Assembly: GCA_002633005.1 (NCBI GenBank)
Contig: NMRA01000070.1
Location: forward strand, 215,575 to 279,574
DNA from: Phoronis australis
Lineage: Eukaryota; Animalia; Phoronida
Length of the DNA stretch: 64,000 bases
Reading direction: 5' to 3'
How positions within the stretch are numbered: the first letter of the stretch is position 1; the number at the start of each line of letters is the position of its first letter. Below are positions 1 through 31,277 of this stretch, piece by piece. Made by a program: the position numbers and the translations under genes. Below the pieces are notes generated by a model. That model saw only the letters and a list, made by a program, of their open reading frames with translations. It did no database searches and was not told the DNA's origin.

Positions 1-1281
1 GGGGGGGGGGGTTTCGTTCGAACCCCCCACCCCCGGCTACGGGCCTGTCGTTCTATTATTTTGAACGGTACAAGCGGCTCCCAAACCTTTGGTTTCCTAG
101 ACTTAATCACGTGATCAAACTGGTCATATCGTAACCACTTATAGAATGGATGACTAAACTATCTGCACTGTCTATGATCTATACACAGAGACATGCGAAC
201 AGCCTGCTGATGTTACTGAAACCTTGAACATTCTCCGGACTTTTTTTGAATTTTTTGGTACAATCATCTCTCACGGTGCGGGTGAAATATTTAGCTAGGA
301 TATTCATACGGACCAGAATTAAAATTCTTAGTTTATTGGAAATTTGGAGCAAGTAAACAGAGTATGCTTGCTTAGAAACACTGTAGAATCAAAAATCTCC
401 CGGCTCACCCTCAGGCTGCGGCGAACTATCAATGAGCGGTTCCTTGAATGGACTCAATTGCCCATGTGGGTTCACACGCGCCATAGCCCTCGATTACGGG
501 CATACCTCTTCCCTTGGTCATACCTTCGATTTGGCTGCGGCCGATTTGCTTTTTCGCGAAATTTGAAAGCAAATGGACTGTTCAGCCCCAGGTAGTAATT
601 CTCAGTGGGAATCGAAACATGTTGCAGCCCTGTCATTTTTGTGCATATTAAATTAAACATGTTTTACTAGGCGAAATGAATTCGTCATATTTTTTGTTTG
701 ATAATTTCTTTTTTTGTTTCTACGTTACAGTTCGTATTTTCCTTCTGTCGATATGAAATTTACAAGCAACACGTGCCTAGTCATCGGCTCTAGGCTTGTT
801 TCTGGTATACCATAATATAGAAATCAGAAGTAAGATGGTGCTGTACACATGGCAGCCGTTTTTCAATTCTTTGCTTGGCATGGCCATAGTTTTGCTGTCT
901 CGTTTTCGAGTCGTATGTCGCCAAATGAATACATTACGAGATAAACAGTCCTTCTAAAGGTATACGCCTTTTTCTAAGTTGTTCAAAATTCAAGTTCTTA
1001 TAGTAAATTACCTTTTCTGTGTTATAACATTCAAGAATTTCATTGGGACTGGAATTTAACCACGCTCTGTCGTTTTCCTGAGCCAATAAAAGATTGATTA
1101 CCTACATGTCTGGCTCAATCTTTCCGCAATATTACATCAGCTAAGCTAAATTAAGAGCAAACTCTGTTTTGCTGTATTCCAATTGGCCACTGATATCCAA
1201 GAACTCAGCACAACTCCACATTCCCAAAATACATGGCAAAGATTCTCAAATTCTTTCCCACAAAGTGCGTAATTCGGTGAG

Positions 1282-1626
1282 TTAAAAGGATACCAAACCC
1301 GGTTTTGGCATATTTAATAAAAACATCTTTCCCATCCAGGTTTCGGGAACAAAATAAAGCACTGTAATGCTCAACAACTCTCAAAAGTTTGAAGGAAAAA
1401 CTGAAAACTAAACGGGAAAGCGTGACCTATGCTTTTAACAAATTAAACGGCATCTGTGCGAAAAGACCAATTAACACGGAACATAATGTCCAGTTTGTGA
1501 GATTAGGGAGCCATTGTGAGTTTTTAGTTGACCACTGCCCTTGACTTGGAAGATTGGCGCCAATGATGCATTACCAGGTGACAGAACTAAGATTGAAGTC
1601 ATCAAAGCGGGATTTAATATCCTTAA
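1282..1626. mobile_element. TTAA-flanked MITE (family copy also at 42930-43276)
   Basis: Both copies start TTAAaaggataccaaac, share tttgaaggaaaa, agcgtgaccta and ggcgccaatgatgcatta, and end in an inverted at(c/t)ct(t)TTAA. Confidence 0.6.
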
Positions 1627-1976
1627 ACAAAACTAGCAACAATACGCCAAATCATCACTTTTCAGCCCAAAGCTACCATTTGCTTGAGACTGTTATGAGT
1701 TGAGTGCATTCAGACTGTCAAAGGCCCCTTAAAATTCTACCAGATACCATATGGGAGTTCGGGTGTGCGCAAGCAGGGGCTCGCCGGGAGTGAATAAATT
1801 TCGTCAATTTGATTTTGGTTACTTTATCATTTACTGTTCAAGATTGATTCTTGGTCATTTTGTCATCATCATTCATCCGATGATCATCGAAATCCTCATC
1901 ATATCATTATCGTCATTTTTTATTCTTTTTCACCAGTGTTTCTGTACACTAGGATGCAATTCTTATATTTTTTTCA

Positions 1977-2310
1977 CCAGCATTCATCATCATCATCGTC
2001 ATCGTCGTCATCATCACGATCATCAGTCATTATTCATCATCATCGTCATCGTCGTCATCATCACGATCATCAGTCATTATTCATCATCATCGTCATCGTC
2101 ATCATCATCACGATCATCAGTCATTATTCATCATCATCGTCATCGTCATCATCATCACGATCATCAGTCATTATTCATCATCACTCAACATCATCATCAT
2201 CGGCGTTGTCATCATATCATCACCATCCTCACTATCATCGTCACCGTCATCGCCATTATCATCACCACCATCTTCGCCGTAGTCATCATCATTTTCCATA
2301 TCGTCATGAA
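1977..2310. repeat. CAT/CGT trinucleotide-derived minisatellite; 47-bp unit x~4 with degenerate flanks
   Basis: cagtcattattc recurs at 2024, 2071, 2118 and 2165 (period 47). Confidence 0.9.
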
Positions 2311-2422
2311 GTGTCGCTCCCTTGAACAGCGCATTAATTTGCCGATTAATTATTTTAATGAACGAGTTAAGCCTAGTAGACTCGTCACATGACATCCATA
2401 CTCTTCATTCGACCACACTCCC

Positions 2423-2789
2423 GGGCCCGGTCTCTAATCTTTGTAATCGAAACGATCGAACTCGAAATTATTTTTGTGCAATTTCTCTGCTAACTCAAGA
2501 TAAGTGGTTATCAGACTGTGCTCGAATATATTAAAGTTTATACACGGGAGTTTATAGCCCAAGTTTTCACTTGAAGACCCTTAGTACAAACTCGAGTAAA
2601 AACTCGAAATTTCGAGTTCAAACTCGAACTTTGGGTTCATCAACTGCAAACTATGGCTAATAAACTATCCACATAAGTCATTATGTACTCGAGCATAGTA
2701 CTAGATACTTATTTGGAGTTCATACAAAAGTAGAGTAGAAGATGCCAAACATAATTTCGAGTTCCATTTCGAGATGATAGACCGGGCCC
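2423..2789. mobile_element. GGGCCCGG-terminated MITE rich in ctcgag motifs (related copies ~32936-33345 and 61981-62211)
   Basis: TIR gggcccggtct / agaccgggccc; shared internal ctcgag repeats and ggg(t)tcatcaa motifs. Confidence 0.6.
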
Positions 2790-5700
2790 AGGTGCCGTGC
2801 TAACTCATTTGAATAAAGATTGACCTGTTGGTTGTCCATGTGAAGGTCTGGGAATCCCTGCACAAAGAAAGGTCATTGATTTATGTCGGTGATTGGATAA
2901 TCTCATTTGACCGCCAACTGTACTGATGTCACGTGGCGCACGTGCCATTTCAGTAAGGAGATTAACCGTGGTAAGTGGCACGATTTGTATGAGAGAGAAA
3001 TGTTTGTTTACTTTGTCAGTTTCTCTATTTTTTGTCACCATGGGTCATTCACAATTAGATTTTGTCTTGGTCAATTTGCTTTTTTGGCGACAATAACAAT
3101 GAACTTTTGTTTCTACAAGGTTTTGGGAAACCGAAATCTACAATCGAACGTGGATTGCACGTTTATGTAGCCTCGAGTCGTAGCCCCGCGTAGGCATGAT
3201 TAACAATCTTTAGTCAGTCTTGAAACGTTATTTCAAACTGTTGTCTTAAGAAGAGACCCAGAACCATCTGTCAAGAAATGTGTTGATTAATTTGCAAGAG
3301 TATTTCGCTGTTAGCTATCACTGAATCTCAAACCGAACCACTGACTTAGACCTGTTATTTAGTTATTAGTTATTACCACGACCTACCGTATTCAGAAACG
3401 ATGTACTTGCTTCAGCCTTCACCAACGTTGGGCCTAGGGGAGGGTTGGTTATCCTCATGGGTTATGGGTTACTTGCAAACTATTGTTGGGAGCAGGCGGC
3501 AACTTTTGAGTGAAAGTATACAATACTGAAAAACAGAAAGCCCAATTATTAGATTGTCTGTCAACAAAATTCAAGTCCTTATCTATATGGGCAGCCGTTT
3601 ATGCACGAGACGACAGGATTGACAAAACAGAATCGACTAAACAACATTGAATTCAGTAAACAGAATAGAAGTTAGAATATACAAAACAGCATTGAGTTCA
3701 CAATATGGAATGGATGAATGTGGATTGAATTGATGTAATAGCATTGAATACACAAGACAGGTTTGAATTGTCATACAATTGGCCTTGAGTTCATTAAATG
3801 GAATTGAATAACATTTTAATGTTTTTTGCATAAACGGCCGCCTATACTTATCTCAAATTCTCAAAGAACAATCTAGTTCAAAAACTTAAAAATACATACT
3901 AAATTAAGTAATATGTAACATGGTATAATGTTTACCTCCTTTCTGTTATCAAACTAAAAGTCTTTTTGAACATAGTTTTGTACCTTAGTCGAGATCAGAA
4001 AATCATCGACTATTCCCGTTTATTTCTGTGACCAATGAGTTCCTGCGAATCAGTTAAGAAATGATTCCTGAATGACGGTCATGTCCTTGAAAACATATTG
4101 ACATCACTGTTAGCGTAAATGCGTAGTTATTTTGTTTGGTTGTTTTTGATTCTCATTTTGGTTCTTTTTATACAAGTTTGATTATTTATTTCTGAATTTT
4201 ATCAATTCTTTGCTTATGACGAATGGTATTTAATGCATTAACTGGCGTTTGTGAAGTACGTCGCATCTCCGGCGGCCAACAATGGGCTGTTGAGGTCAGC
4301 CTTGACTCATCGCAAGGATATAGGTCAAATTTCGGCCACAGTACCTGTTTAGGTAGTAAATTACAGGGGAAAACTTTCTAGATCAGCAAATGTCTTGTCT
4401 TTGTCGCCATGTCGTAAAATTGATGCGAAGTAACAGCCTAGAGGGAGCAATTGCCGTGTGATTAACCAGACATGCATGTGACTGCGTACTTGGCAGCAAT
4501 GCGGCATCGACGTGGCTGGACGTTAAAAATGCAAAATAGAAAAAAACATCCCCACACGACAGTGCTTCAACAAACAAAAACAAGTATTATCCCAAAACAG
4601 GGAGCTTCTCACCTTAAATGCAATAACGCGCACCTGTGATTTGCTGCTCGGACAAGACAATCAACTGGTGACCGATGCCGTGACACTCTGGGAAAACAGT
4701 CACATGCTAAATTGACTGATTTTCAATTATTGGGCAAAATGACAAGAACTTACACAATATATACTTGATTCTGTTGTCGAAATATAAAATTCCTCGAAAT
4801 ATGCAAATGGGGGGGTGTAGTGAAATGTAGTCTATGAGCTGAAAGTCGAAGATGAGAAAGTATTGCAGTGTTTGGACCTTGACGCAGTATGTTTTAATCT
4901 TCGTCACATGAATTTCACTCATTCAAGGCCCGGGCAGCCAATTAATGTGTTCATCTTGCGCCGTGAAGCACTGATGTCCGCGCAGACCAGGCGGGGTCGG
5001 GCTCCGACGGATAGCTTATATGAATGCTTCTGGCTGAATGGGAATTATTCCTTTTACTTTAAACTTATTAATACATATACTACGTTTGTTATATCATTTG
5101 GTACCACGGTAAGTTTTTTTTTTCTGAATTTATTTCGCCACCAAATGGTATGCTGTCATTCATTTTTGGCCGTCAGCCGTCACAGAAACCACAGGAGACC
5201 ACCTGTATCTTAGTTTCCCTTTCGTAAATTTATTTTCGATATTTTCACAAGTTTAATCATCAGGATATCCTAACTTTATAGCAATTTTACTCATTTATTT
5301 TGATGTTGCATGTTCGTTGTTTTGTTTATACTCTACGCTTAGCCCAGTCGCCGTGTAATCGGCCTTGGTATTCAGTCGATGGCACAGAATTGCGACTATT
5401 CCATAATTGGTAAATGCGAGAGAAATTACTTACTAGAAGACTATAACTTAGTTATGCATAACGTTTCAAGCCTGCTGCTCAGGCCCTTGATCACATGACT
5501 GATCTTACTGCCGTTGTGGAACCGTAAGTAAGACCTTGTTGTAAATGGAAGGAAGTTTTAGTCCCTGGTCATTAAGTGGAGGTTGCAATGTTTCATGTAA
5601 ATGGCCTCTTTGTACGTCCGCAAGATCAAAGAGGAGAAATTATGTAGAAAGGCAGATATTTTACGCACAATCGTAGCATTTCAATGGCCATTTTCAGTGT

Positions 5701-6108
5701 AACCCTCACCCAATTTTTATGATTTTGCACCATTGCATTTCTCTCACCAAGGGCTTTTCAAAAATGTAAAACACATGGGCATTGAACGTTGTCCTTTCTA
5801 GTTTTGAAACGAGAGTTGCTCACACATGCTGACTTAATTTGCCTGCATGCAGTTTTGCAGTTTCGTATAGCAATGGTTTCACTGAAATTGGGAAGGGAAG
5901 ATAGAAACCTTCATTTCTTAGGAAACAATTTACTCGAATTGTAAAATAGTTAATGTTCTATATAATTATTTACCAGATAATCATGATTAAAAAATTGCTC
6001 GTCAAAATGTTTTCATGGGGAGGTTTTCAAATGTGCTTTAAAATCCTGTTGGTGGTTTGTTACGGAAATTAATAGTTTAGGACCCTCTTTTATTCTAGTT
6101 AGTTAACC

Positions 6109-24034
<17,926 letters not shown>

Positions 24035-24541
24035 ACAACGCAACTCAAGAGAGGTTTGTGCTGCACAAGTATTTTCTATGTTAGCCAACACTAGCATGTA
24101 TTATCTTACTCAAATAGAGCACTAAATTGTGCAGTATGTAGTTCACTTACAATAGTTTGACCGTTAAGCGCGCAGTCAATGACTCGTCTTGTCAGCCTGC
24201 CGTGAACATTGTAGTGATGATTTGTTCACGTGGGGATTCTCTGTGTGTGGCTTTCTTGAATTGACCTATAGCAAGGTTCTCCCCCTTGCGAAAAGTCGAC
24301 GAATAACAAGATTTACCCACCGAACTGTTGTTTGTCGGGTAAAATGGCAGCCCAGAAACAAAGGTGTGTCAAGAATGCTGCATTATGATTGGTCAGTTTA
24401 TCCGTCGCTCAAGATCCTGGCGATAGGTCAAGTGACTGTATGCGTGGGCTGTCTTAATTGGTCACCATCCCTGATTCTGCGGTGTATAAGCTTTAGTTGG
24501 CTTTCTTGAAGTTTCGGTCTCACTCTTCTTCACAATTGTTG

Positions 24542-24547
24542 AATAAA
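24542..24547 (+). promoter_or_regulatory. Candidate polyadenylation signal for Piwi
   Basis: AATAAA about 510 nt after the TAG stop; no transcript evidence. Confidence 0.35.
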
Positions 24548-27489
24548 GATTAAGGCAAGTAGTTATGAGCCCACCACACCTTGAAATAATTCATTGAGGT
24601 TGTCTGAATCCTTAGTTATTAATATTTGTATATTGTCAGAGACTGCGCTTTTGCTAAAGTGATATTTAATTATTCTTAAGAAATAATTGTGTGCATCGTA
24701 ACAACAAATTCCTGACTTTCCTGTAGGTTAAGACCTCAACTTAATGATACAGTAATTACATTGATGACGACTGGAGAATAATCCTAGTTCAGTCCCATTC
24801 AAGAAAATGTTAAATTATGTGGAAATAGCCGTATCTTCCTTGGTGTTGTCTTCCCAACAGGTTTTAATATTTGAGGTGCAACTTACAAATCAAAACGTCC
24901 AGAAATAAGTTCGCATTTTCTTTTAACATGGAACAGCCTTTATTCCACTGGGATATGGTGCCAGGCGCTGCAGAAACATTTGCAGAAAATAACAGTGTGT
25001 TGTCCAGAATTATACTTAATAAGTTTGCTCATGAAGTAATTCACCTTAATGAATGGTAATATCCATATGTGCTGATATAGTAGCTTGTTTAAAAGAGATG
25101 AGGCTCCATTCATTAATAGAATTTCTTTTTCTTTTTCAGACACGCTCAAGCGAAGGGAAATATACTGACAGAGATTTGTTAAGTTGTTATTGTTTTGAGA
25201 TTATTTTTTATTAAGTTATACACAGTACACCTTTGAGATAAGCGCGATTCAAAGCCAGCTTTTGTGATTTTGAGATTTATTTTTGTACTAAAGTAGCTTA
25301 AATTTAGGAGTGCATCAGGTGTGAGTATGATAAAGGTACTGCCGGCAGCACAGTAATTAGTGTGAGTAGCTTGTGCTGTCGTCACTTATGTGTTAAGACA
25401 TTTATGAGCTGTATGTTTGATATGCTTCTTGACTGTAGTCTTGGCTTGACAGCATCCATTTACCTGTGCCTGATGAGCCGTCCAGGTTAGTTTGTCCAGT
25501 GCAAGACCATATTTATGAGCGCTGGTAGTTGTTAGTTGACAGGTATACCCTACATTCCACCCAAAGCAGCAGCAAGGCTTTGCATAGTCTATTCTTAAAA
25601 TGCTGTTCCATTGCTGTCTGTTGTCAATGCATTTGTTGATCATTAGTGACCAAACCCACTTATTTGCAGAAGCATGGCTTCCTTTCCTGGTTTCCCTTTT
25701 CCTTCTTGTCGCAGTTGGAGTCTGATCATCTGGAACAGGTTTTTCCTTCTGAGTGACTTGTAATGTCTCTCTGTTAAAGATTTGTTTTTTTGCAAGCTGC
25801 TCTTTTGTGTAGTTAATCTTGAAACAAATCCAGACCGGCTCTCACAGGGAATGAGTGATCTTCGATTTTAAAAATGGGTTCAGGCAGTTGGACAGTCCTT
25901 TAATAAGTCAATTGATAACGGTTTTGTAACAGTGGTAAGAATGTAAAAATTTGATGTGCTTAAAAACAAACTGTTTGCTACAGTGGCAACTTTGTTTATA
26001 ATAACAATAACAATACAGTCCTGATACATTATTTGAAAAAAATTGTTTACATCATCGGTCCTGTGAGTAGGGTAATTAAGGAAAAGAGTTCTAACTGCCT
26101 GTAATATATTGGTTTTAGTGAATAATATGGCGACTTGTGCGCTGTATGCGTACCTGACTTGATTGTTGAAAAAACATGGTTTCGTGTGTATGGCCACGTG
26201 AAGGAGGGAATTGGCACAGACATGAAAGGGAATGTGTGCAGGCGCTTGGAGGAATTCGAAAGAAGTGGTTCTGATAGGATGCAAAACAAAATCGTTGGCA
26301 TTTATCAAGAACTCGAAAACTGTTTAAATTTTAGACAGACATCGCACACATCCTGCAGGGACTGAGGAAGTTGGTTGAGAAGTTTGTTGTTAAGTTAAAC
26401 TCAATTATTAAGTAACAAGATCAAAATAAGAAATTTCAAGGCCAAGCGAAGATAATTAAGTGCTCAGTGGAATCTACAGAAATTCATGCCGCCATCAAAT
26501 TATCCTGCCATTCTCTAGTACCAGCTGTGGTCAGGAGCCAAGAGTCCAAGAGCATCGTCATAAAGTCACGTGACAGTGCCTAGTTGGGAGTATTGAAATG
26601 GTTTCCGTTGTGTGCGCGGGAGAATCTCAAATAATTGCTTTGCAGACACGCATCAGGCTCTGATGTAATGTGGGAAGTAGAATTTGTCTTAAAGACCTAT
26701 TTGAACACTTCCAGTTTACATGTCTAATGGTCACAATTTCGTCAAAACAGCAAAGTAGGTTCCGCTCATTTTGAGATCTAGGCTCACATCCCCCCAAAAA
26801 AACGTCAGCCTATATCCATTTCAGCCAAACGTTTCTTTTTTTTTTGAAAAGCTGAATGAAGGCCACAAACAAGGTAAAGCAAGATTTGAAACACCATGAT
26901 TTGCAAGCTGTCAGTTCAGCCAAATTTTTATGCAGTGACCAGATGCCTTTTTATATGTGGACGCATTATATTACTCCTTGCCAATTTTTACTCGAAACGG
27001 AAATTATTTTTAACATTTTCTATTCTACTTTTGTGTGAACTCAAGATAAATGTCTATTTTTCTATGCTACAGTACATATTGGCTTACGTGAATAACTTTT
27101 TAATCCTAGTTTGTACTTGATGACCTCTGCGTTGAGGCTTAAACTTGAGTCTGAACTGGACAATGCCACATGGTGTCAAGCACCTGCAACAGAGAGAAAA
27201 AAGAATTACAGGTCTGTTTTTCTGGCTAAAATACGAAAATCGAATGAGGCCATTTGTTTTCATAAGGTTGGTCGCAAATATTCCTTTAGGTGATAAGATT
27301 TCATTTTCGTTACCAATCATCCTAAAAAAGCTTCAGTTTATTGGGACTGGACCGCCTAAAAATTGAAAGTTGTGTATGTAAGGATTGCCTGTGACTTGAG
27401 TTGGTAACGGAAATGGAATGCTATCATCCTGAGTTTTATGTTAGCACAATGCCTTGTTCGATTTTGGTTTTTATGTCGGGGTGAAATGC

Positions 27490-27970
27490 TGTTGAATAAT
27501 AACAGGGATTTAAACCGGCATGTCACGTTTCGGCGTTTATTAAAACACCATCCTCAGAAGAAAAAACAGTGGCCATCTTGCTAGGCCCAATAAGAAGTAA
27601 TGATACAGACAGTCAGTTACAGGGGAGTAGCAATAGACTAGACAAACAGTGACAACCTATGGCTTGCTAGTTGCCTACTGTGGCTGGGCTTGCACCAATT
27701 GATTTATAGAGCCTCATGAATTTTCAGCTCTTGTTTCTGCTTGGTCTATTATTGCAAAGTCCTTGAAAGAGCATTGCTCATAACAAAAATTGGAGCTCTG
27801 CAGATGAATATTAATGTGTGAAGTTTTGTCAGAATGTAGATGTTCTCTTGAGCAGATTTTTAAATGGCGAACGGTTTTCCCTGAAAAACTGGAGCAACAT
27901 CCAGCACAGATAAATTTGCACATTACTGTGGACCGTAGACCCATAGGAATTTTGTCCTTGAGTGTTAAAA
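27490..27970 (-). mobile_element. Penelope-like retroelement 3' fragment (GIY-YIG endonuclease remnant plus hammerhead-bearing terminal repeat)
   Basis: The ORF at 27714-27944 reads KFICAGCCSSFSGKTVRHLKICSREHLHSDKTSH..HLQSS..C..CSFKDFAIIDQAET, a degenerate Penelope GIY-YIG. Its 3' end carries CTGAGGA-stem-GAAAC. Confidence 0.8.
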
Positions 27971-28619
27971 TAAATTGAACTGTTTTAGAGACTTGAATGT
28001 TTTCCAGTAACTGTTCTCTGACCCTCTAAGAGTTATTTTCCAGTAACACCGTAAGAGCTTCAGAACATATTTTTATTTAGCTCAGTTTTGTTGCAGAAAT
28101 GCTTTACAATAAATAGCCTGCCTTTAAACATCGCTGAAAATGTTACCAGGCTCTGTCCCGCGAGTGTAAAGAAGCTGAGATGTAATTAGGGTAAAAATTG
28201 TTGAGCTTCGGCTACTCCTTAAAATTTGGGACACTGAAATTTAAACCGAAATGGAATTTTCTTGATCCAAGAGATAGGGACACGACGATTTTGGAATTTT
28301 CTGAGATATCGGGACAGTTTTGTATCGGGACAGTTTTGTATCGACACAGTTTGAAAATAGATTTGCAGGTTTATGAAATCATCGCAAATAGCCTTCAGCG
28401 GAACATTTTCATACATCCCCAAAGTGTGTAACATTGACTTAGTCATTTGTTGTAGATCGTACTTCTTGAATTTGAGACATCCAATACTCTCTTTTTCTAA
28501 ACTGTGGTACAAGCTCCAACATAAAGCAAAGTGATTAATTTTTCACTTTCCCCAACTGGAGGATTTTTACTGTAACTCCAGGTAACTCGATAGTATTCAG
28601 ATAAAGTGCTCTGTGGACT

Positions 28620-29720
28620 CACTCGGGAGTTGGATTGATTTTGTTGTCTTGAGTTATGCCGTTGCGTGTGTGCAAGGTAATCGGAAGAAAGTGGGTTTGT
28701 TTAAAGGTTCCACTATGCTTTCGGACACCTGAAACAGCGTTCAACGGAAACCATTTCACCACCCGTCCCGCTCTTTCAAACGAAATGGTGAGGCTTTGCA
28801 ATGTTATTGGTCGTATGGCAGGAGCATGACTGGTAGCGGTAAGTAAAATGAAATTACTGTCAAAGGAACGTTGTATAAATATCTCGTGACTGGGTGGCTG
28901 GCTATACATAAAGAGCAATGGAATATTGGTCGCCAGTGGTCCATATGACTTTATCCACCCGAGGTGTCGGTCTGATGACCACTGCTTCTTTCATCCTATT
29001 TCAGTCTCGTTGGTTATCTTCAACCTGCCTTAGCTGACATCATGGTAGAGTTCTGTAACGGTGGTCGTCGCGATTGTATCGATTCCAAACTATTACTGTA
29101 CGAGCATGTTTCTTTCGTACCATTTTGGAGAGGTAGTCTCGTTTTCTTAACTGTTATGCGCTTGGTTTTGTCCAAGAAGCTCGTATTTCGACAAACACGT
29201 GTATTTGGTTAATGAAGGTTGGCGTTCAGGTGTACTTCAGCAGCAATGTTCTGCTGTTACAAATACATTAAGCTGGCTACGACCGGATTTTCAACCTTCG
29301 ATTAAGCGGGCCCCGGCTTTTTTCTATAGCTGTTAAATGGTAGAACGTAGCAGAAACGGAGATGTAAAGGCAGGGATTTGAGTGGTTGGTATTTCGCTTA
29401 GATTGTCATTAATGCTGCAAGCTAGTAGCGGATGCTTATAGTGGTTAGGCGTAAGTGGATGCATTGGCTATTGTTTTCTTGTATATTGTCGGTTGTGCCT
29501 TAATCGAGAACATTATTGTTTCTTGGAAACGCAATTCGGGTATGCAGCTGCTTTTCGTCAGTTGCGTTTTCCAATATTGGACAATGTTTTGATATTGTTT
29601 AGCAGTGCAACACTTCAATGTCGAAGCGGCAAACTGCCGCGCCGAATTCTGAGTTCTTTAGTGTGCGCGTCTTTTCTAAGGGTAATAATTGTATTGGTTT
29701 CACTCGGGATTTGTTCGTTA
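28620..29720 (-). mobile_element. Possible highly decayed Penelope-like relic
   Basis: Broken minus-strand peptides KYTC/VCRNTSFLDKTKR and RMKEAVVIR resemble GIY-YIG motifs, but with many stops. Confidence 0.25.
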
Positions 29721-30349
29721 CCTGTTGTAGACCAACAGTACAAGACCAAAGTGTGTAACTCTTCGAGAACGCGAAGCGGGAGTTATCACGTGAAATTCTT
29801 TGCGTTTCTTACAATGCGTTTCGTAGCTAAGTCTTGTGATACTTCTGTTCTCGTACTCTGTATTTCCAACGTGACGGAGAGTCCGTTGTGACGTCAGTAA
29901 TAAAGTTCGTTTTTCGAAGCCTGAATTGGTTTTCACGAAATGGTTAAATTAGAAAGCAGGCGATTTTGATCATTTACTCGTGGCTTTATTAAAAGTACAA
30001 ATCGTTTGAAATCTTAGAGAAACTTTCAACACAACTATGGAAAGTTACGTAAATGGCCGAGTAAAAACCATACGTCTTTGGCCTGCATTAGCTATTTCAT
30101 CGATCACATGGGATTGACCGACACACCTACACAAACTGAACAATAGCGACTTGGAGATAGTGTTTTGCTCGGTGGGAGTGCATGCAAAACCGAAGATGCG
30201 CGCCATTTGCTTGTCGTTTCCGCCACTTTCTATTGTTGCGTGGATACCAAGTACACACCAGGGAAACGTTAACTAACGAGGAAAATGTTTATTCCTAGAT
30301 GACTAGAAATTTGTATTTTAGTTAAGGTAGCATCAAAAACGGTTGCTTC

Positions 30350-30506
30350 CAGGGGCGGATCCAGGATTTTGAGTTAGGGGGGCCAGGGCAGAGTGTTAGC
30401 CAGGATTTTGGCCGTCAAGACATTCGCACCCCCGTACTGCCAAATGGAATCTGAGAGAATTTTAGGGGGAGGGGGGGTGGCATGGCCCCCTTTAAATCCG
30501 CCACTG
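30350..30506. mobile_element. CAG(G/T)GGCGGAT-type MITE (other copies 40816-40932, 43910-44052, 56320-56522, ~58680-58842)
   Basis: TIR caggggcggatcc / aatccgccactg with internal G-runs; several copies in the window. Confidence 0.7.
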
Positions 30507-31277
30507 GACTCACACTTTGATGCCATTGCACACGGTGCAATTTTTCGTCGCTAGTAACAAATCGTATCGTATAAATTTTGTATGGTGCGTGCCGTTGCAA
30601 TAGCTAAGCGGCATGTAGGCATTGCCTGAACTATGGGCTGGTGACGATTTTAATTGTATTCCACAGAACAATTCTCTCTCCATCTAACAAAAATTGTACA
30701 TGGATTATCAAATTGGGACTTCTTGGTGACCTTCTGTTCATTTCTGACTTTATTGAAAATTATAACCAAAAACAAAATACAGTGAGTTTTTTTTCCATCT
30801 GTGGAGAAACTAAATGTCCCGGCTCCAGCTGAGGCGGAGTGCCCGAGGTGCCCGTAAGCGATTCGTTAACAAAAAGAGTAGTTAACCCCGAGATGTAACT
30901 GACCAATTATCATGTGTGACATGACTAAATAGTGCACAACGGAAGGAGACATACTGTTACCTCTTCCGGTTGTCACTCCTGAAAATGATAGAATTAAACT
31001 AAGCATGTCTTGGAAATACAACTCTTGAAGATTTTTCGTTATGTTGCATAATCTTATCCCGTCACGTGAATTAATCACCTTCCGACAGTTTACACCTATA
31101 CAAACCAAAAAAGCAAAAATTTAGAAAACAAATCATGCGGGATCCCTGCAGTCTATCAGTCTTGGTTTTATTTGGGTTCAAAAATTTCAGAATTAAGTTG
31201 AGTTGTTCCATTGCAGAGGTCCCACAGCCAGTTAATATCTTGACATTATCTGTTATGTCGGCAGTGAAATGAATACG

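Noticed and set aside
1977-2180. Regular 47-bp repeats as a possible CRISPR array
   Set aside because: Head-to-tail units without unique spacers, in a eukaryotic context with no cas genes.
1751-2395. His/Ser/Ile-rich ORFs on both strands
   Set aside because: Products of the CAT/CGT microsatellite and 47-bp minisatellite; open in several frames with no splice or domain support.
4960-5523. Non-coding 5' exons of Piwi (donor-like GTAAGT at 5109 and 5524)
   Set aside because: Plausible but cannot be delimited without transcript data.
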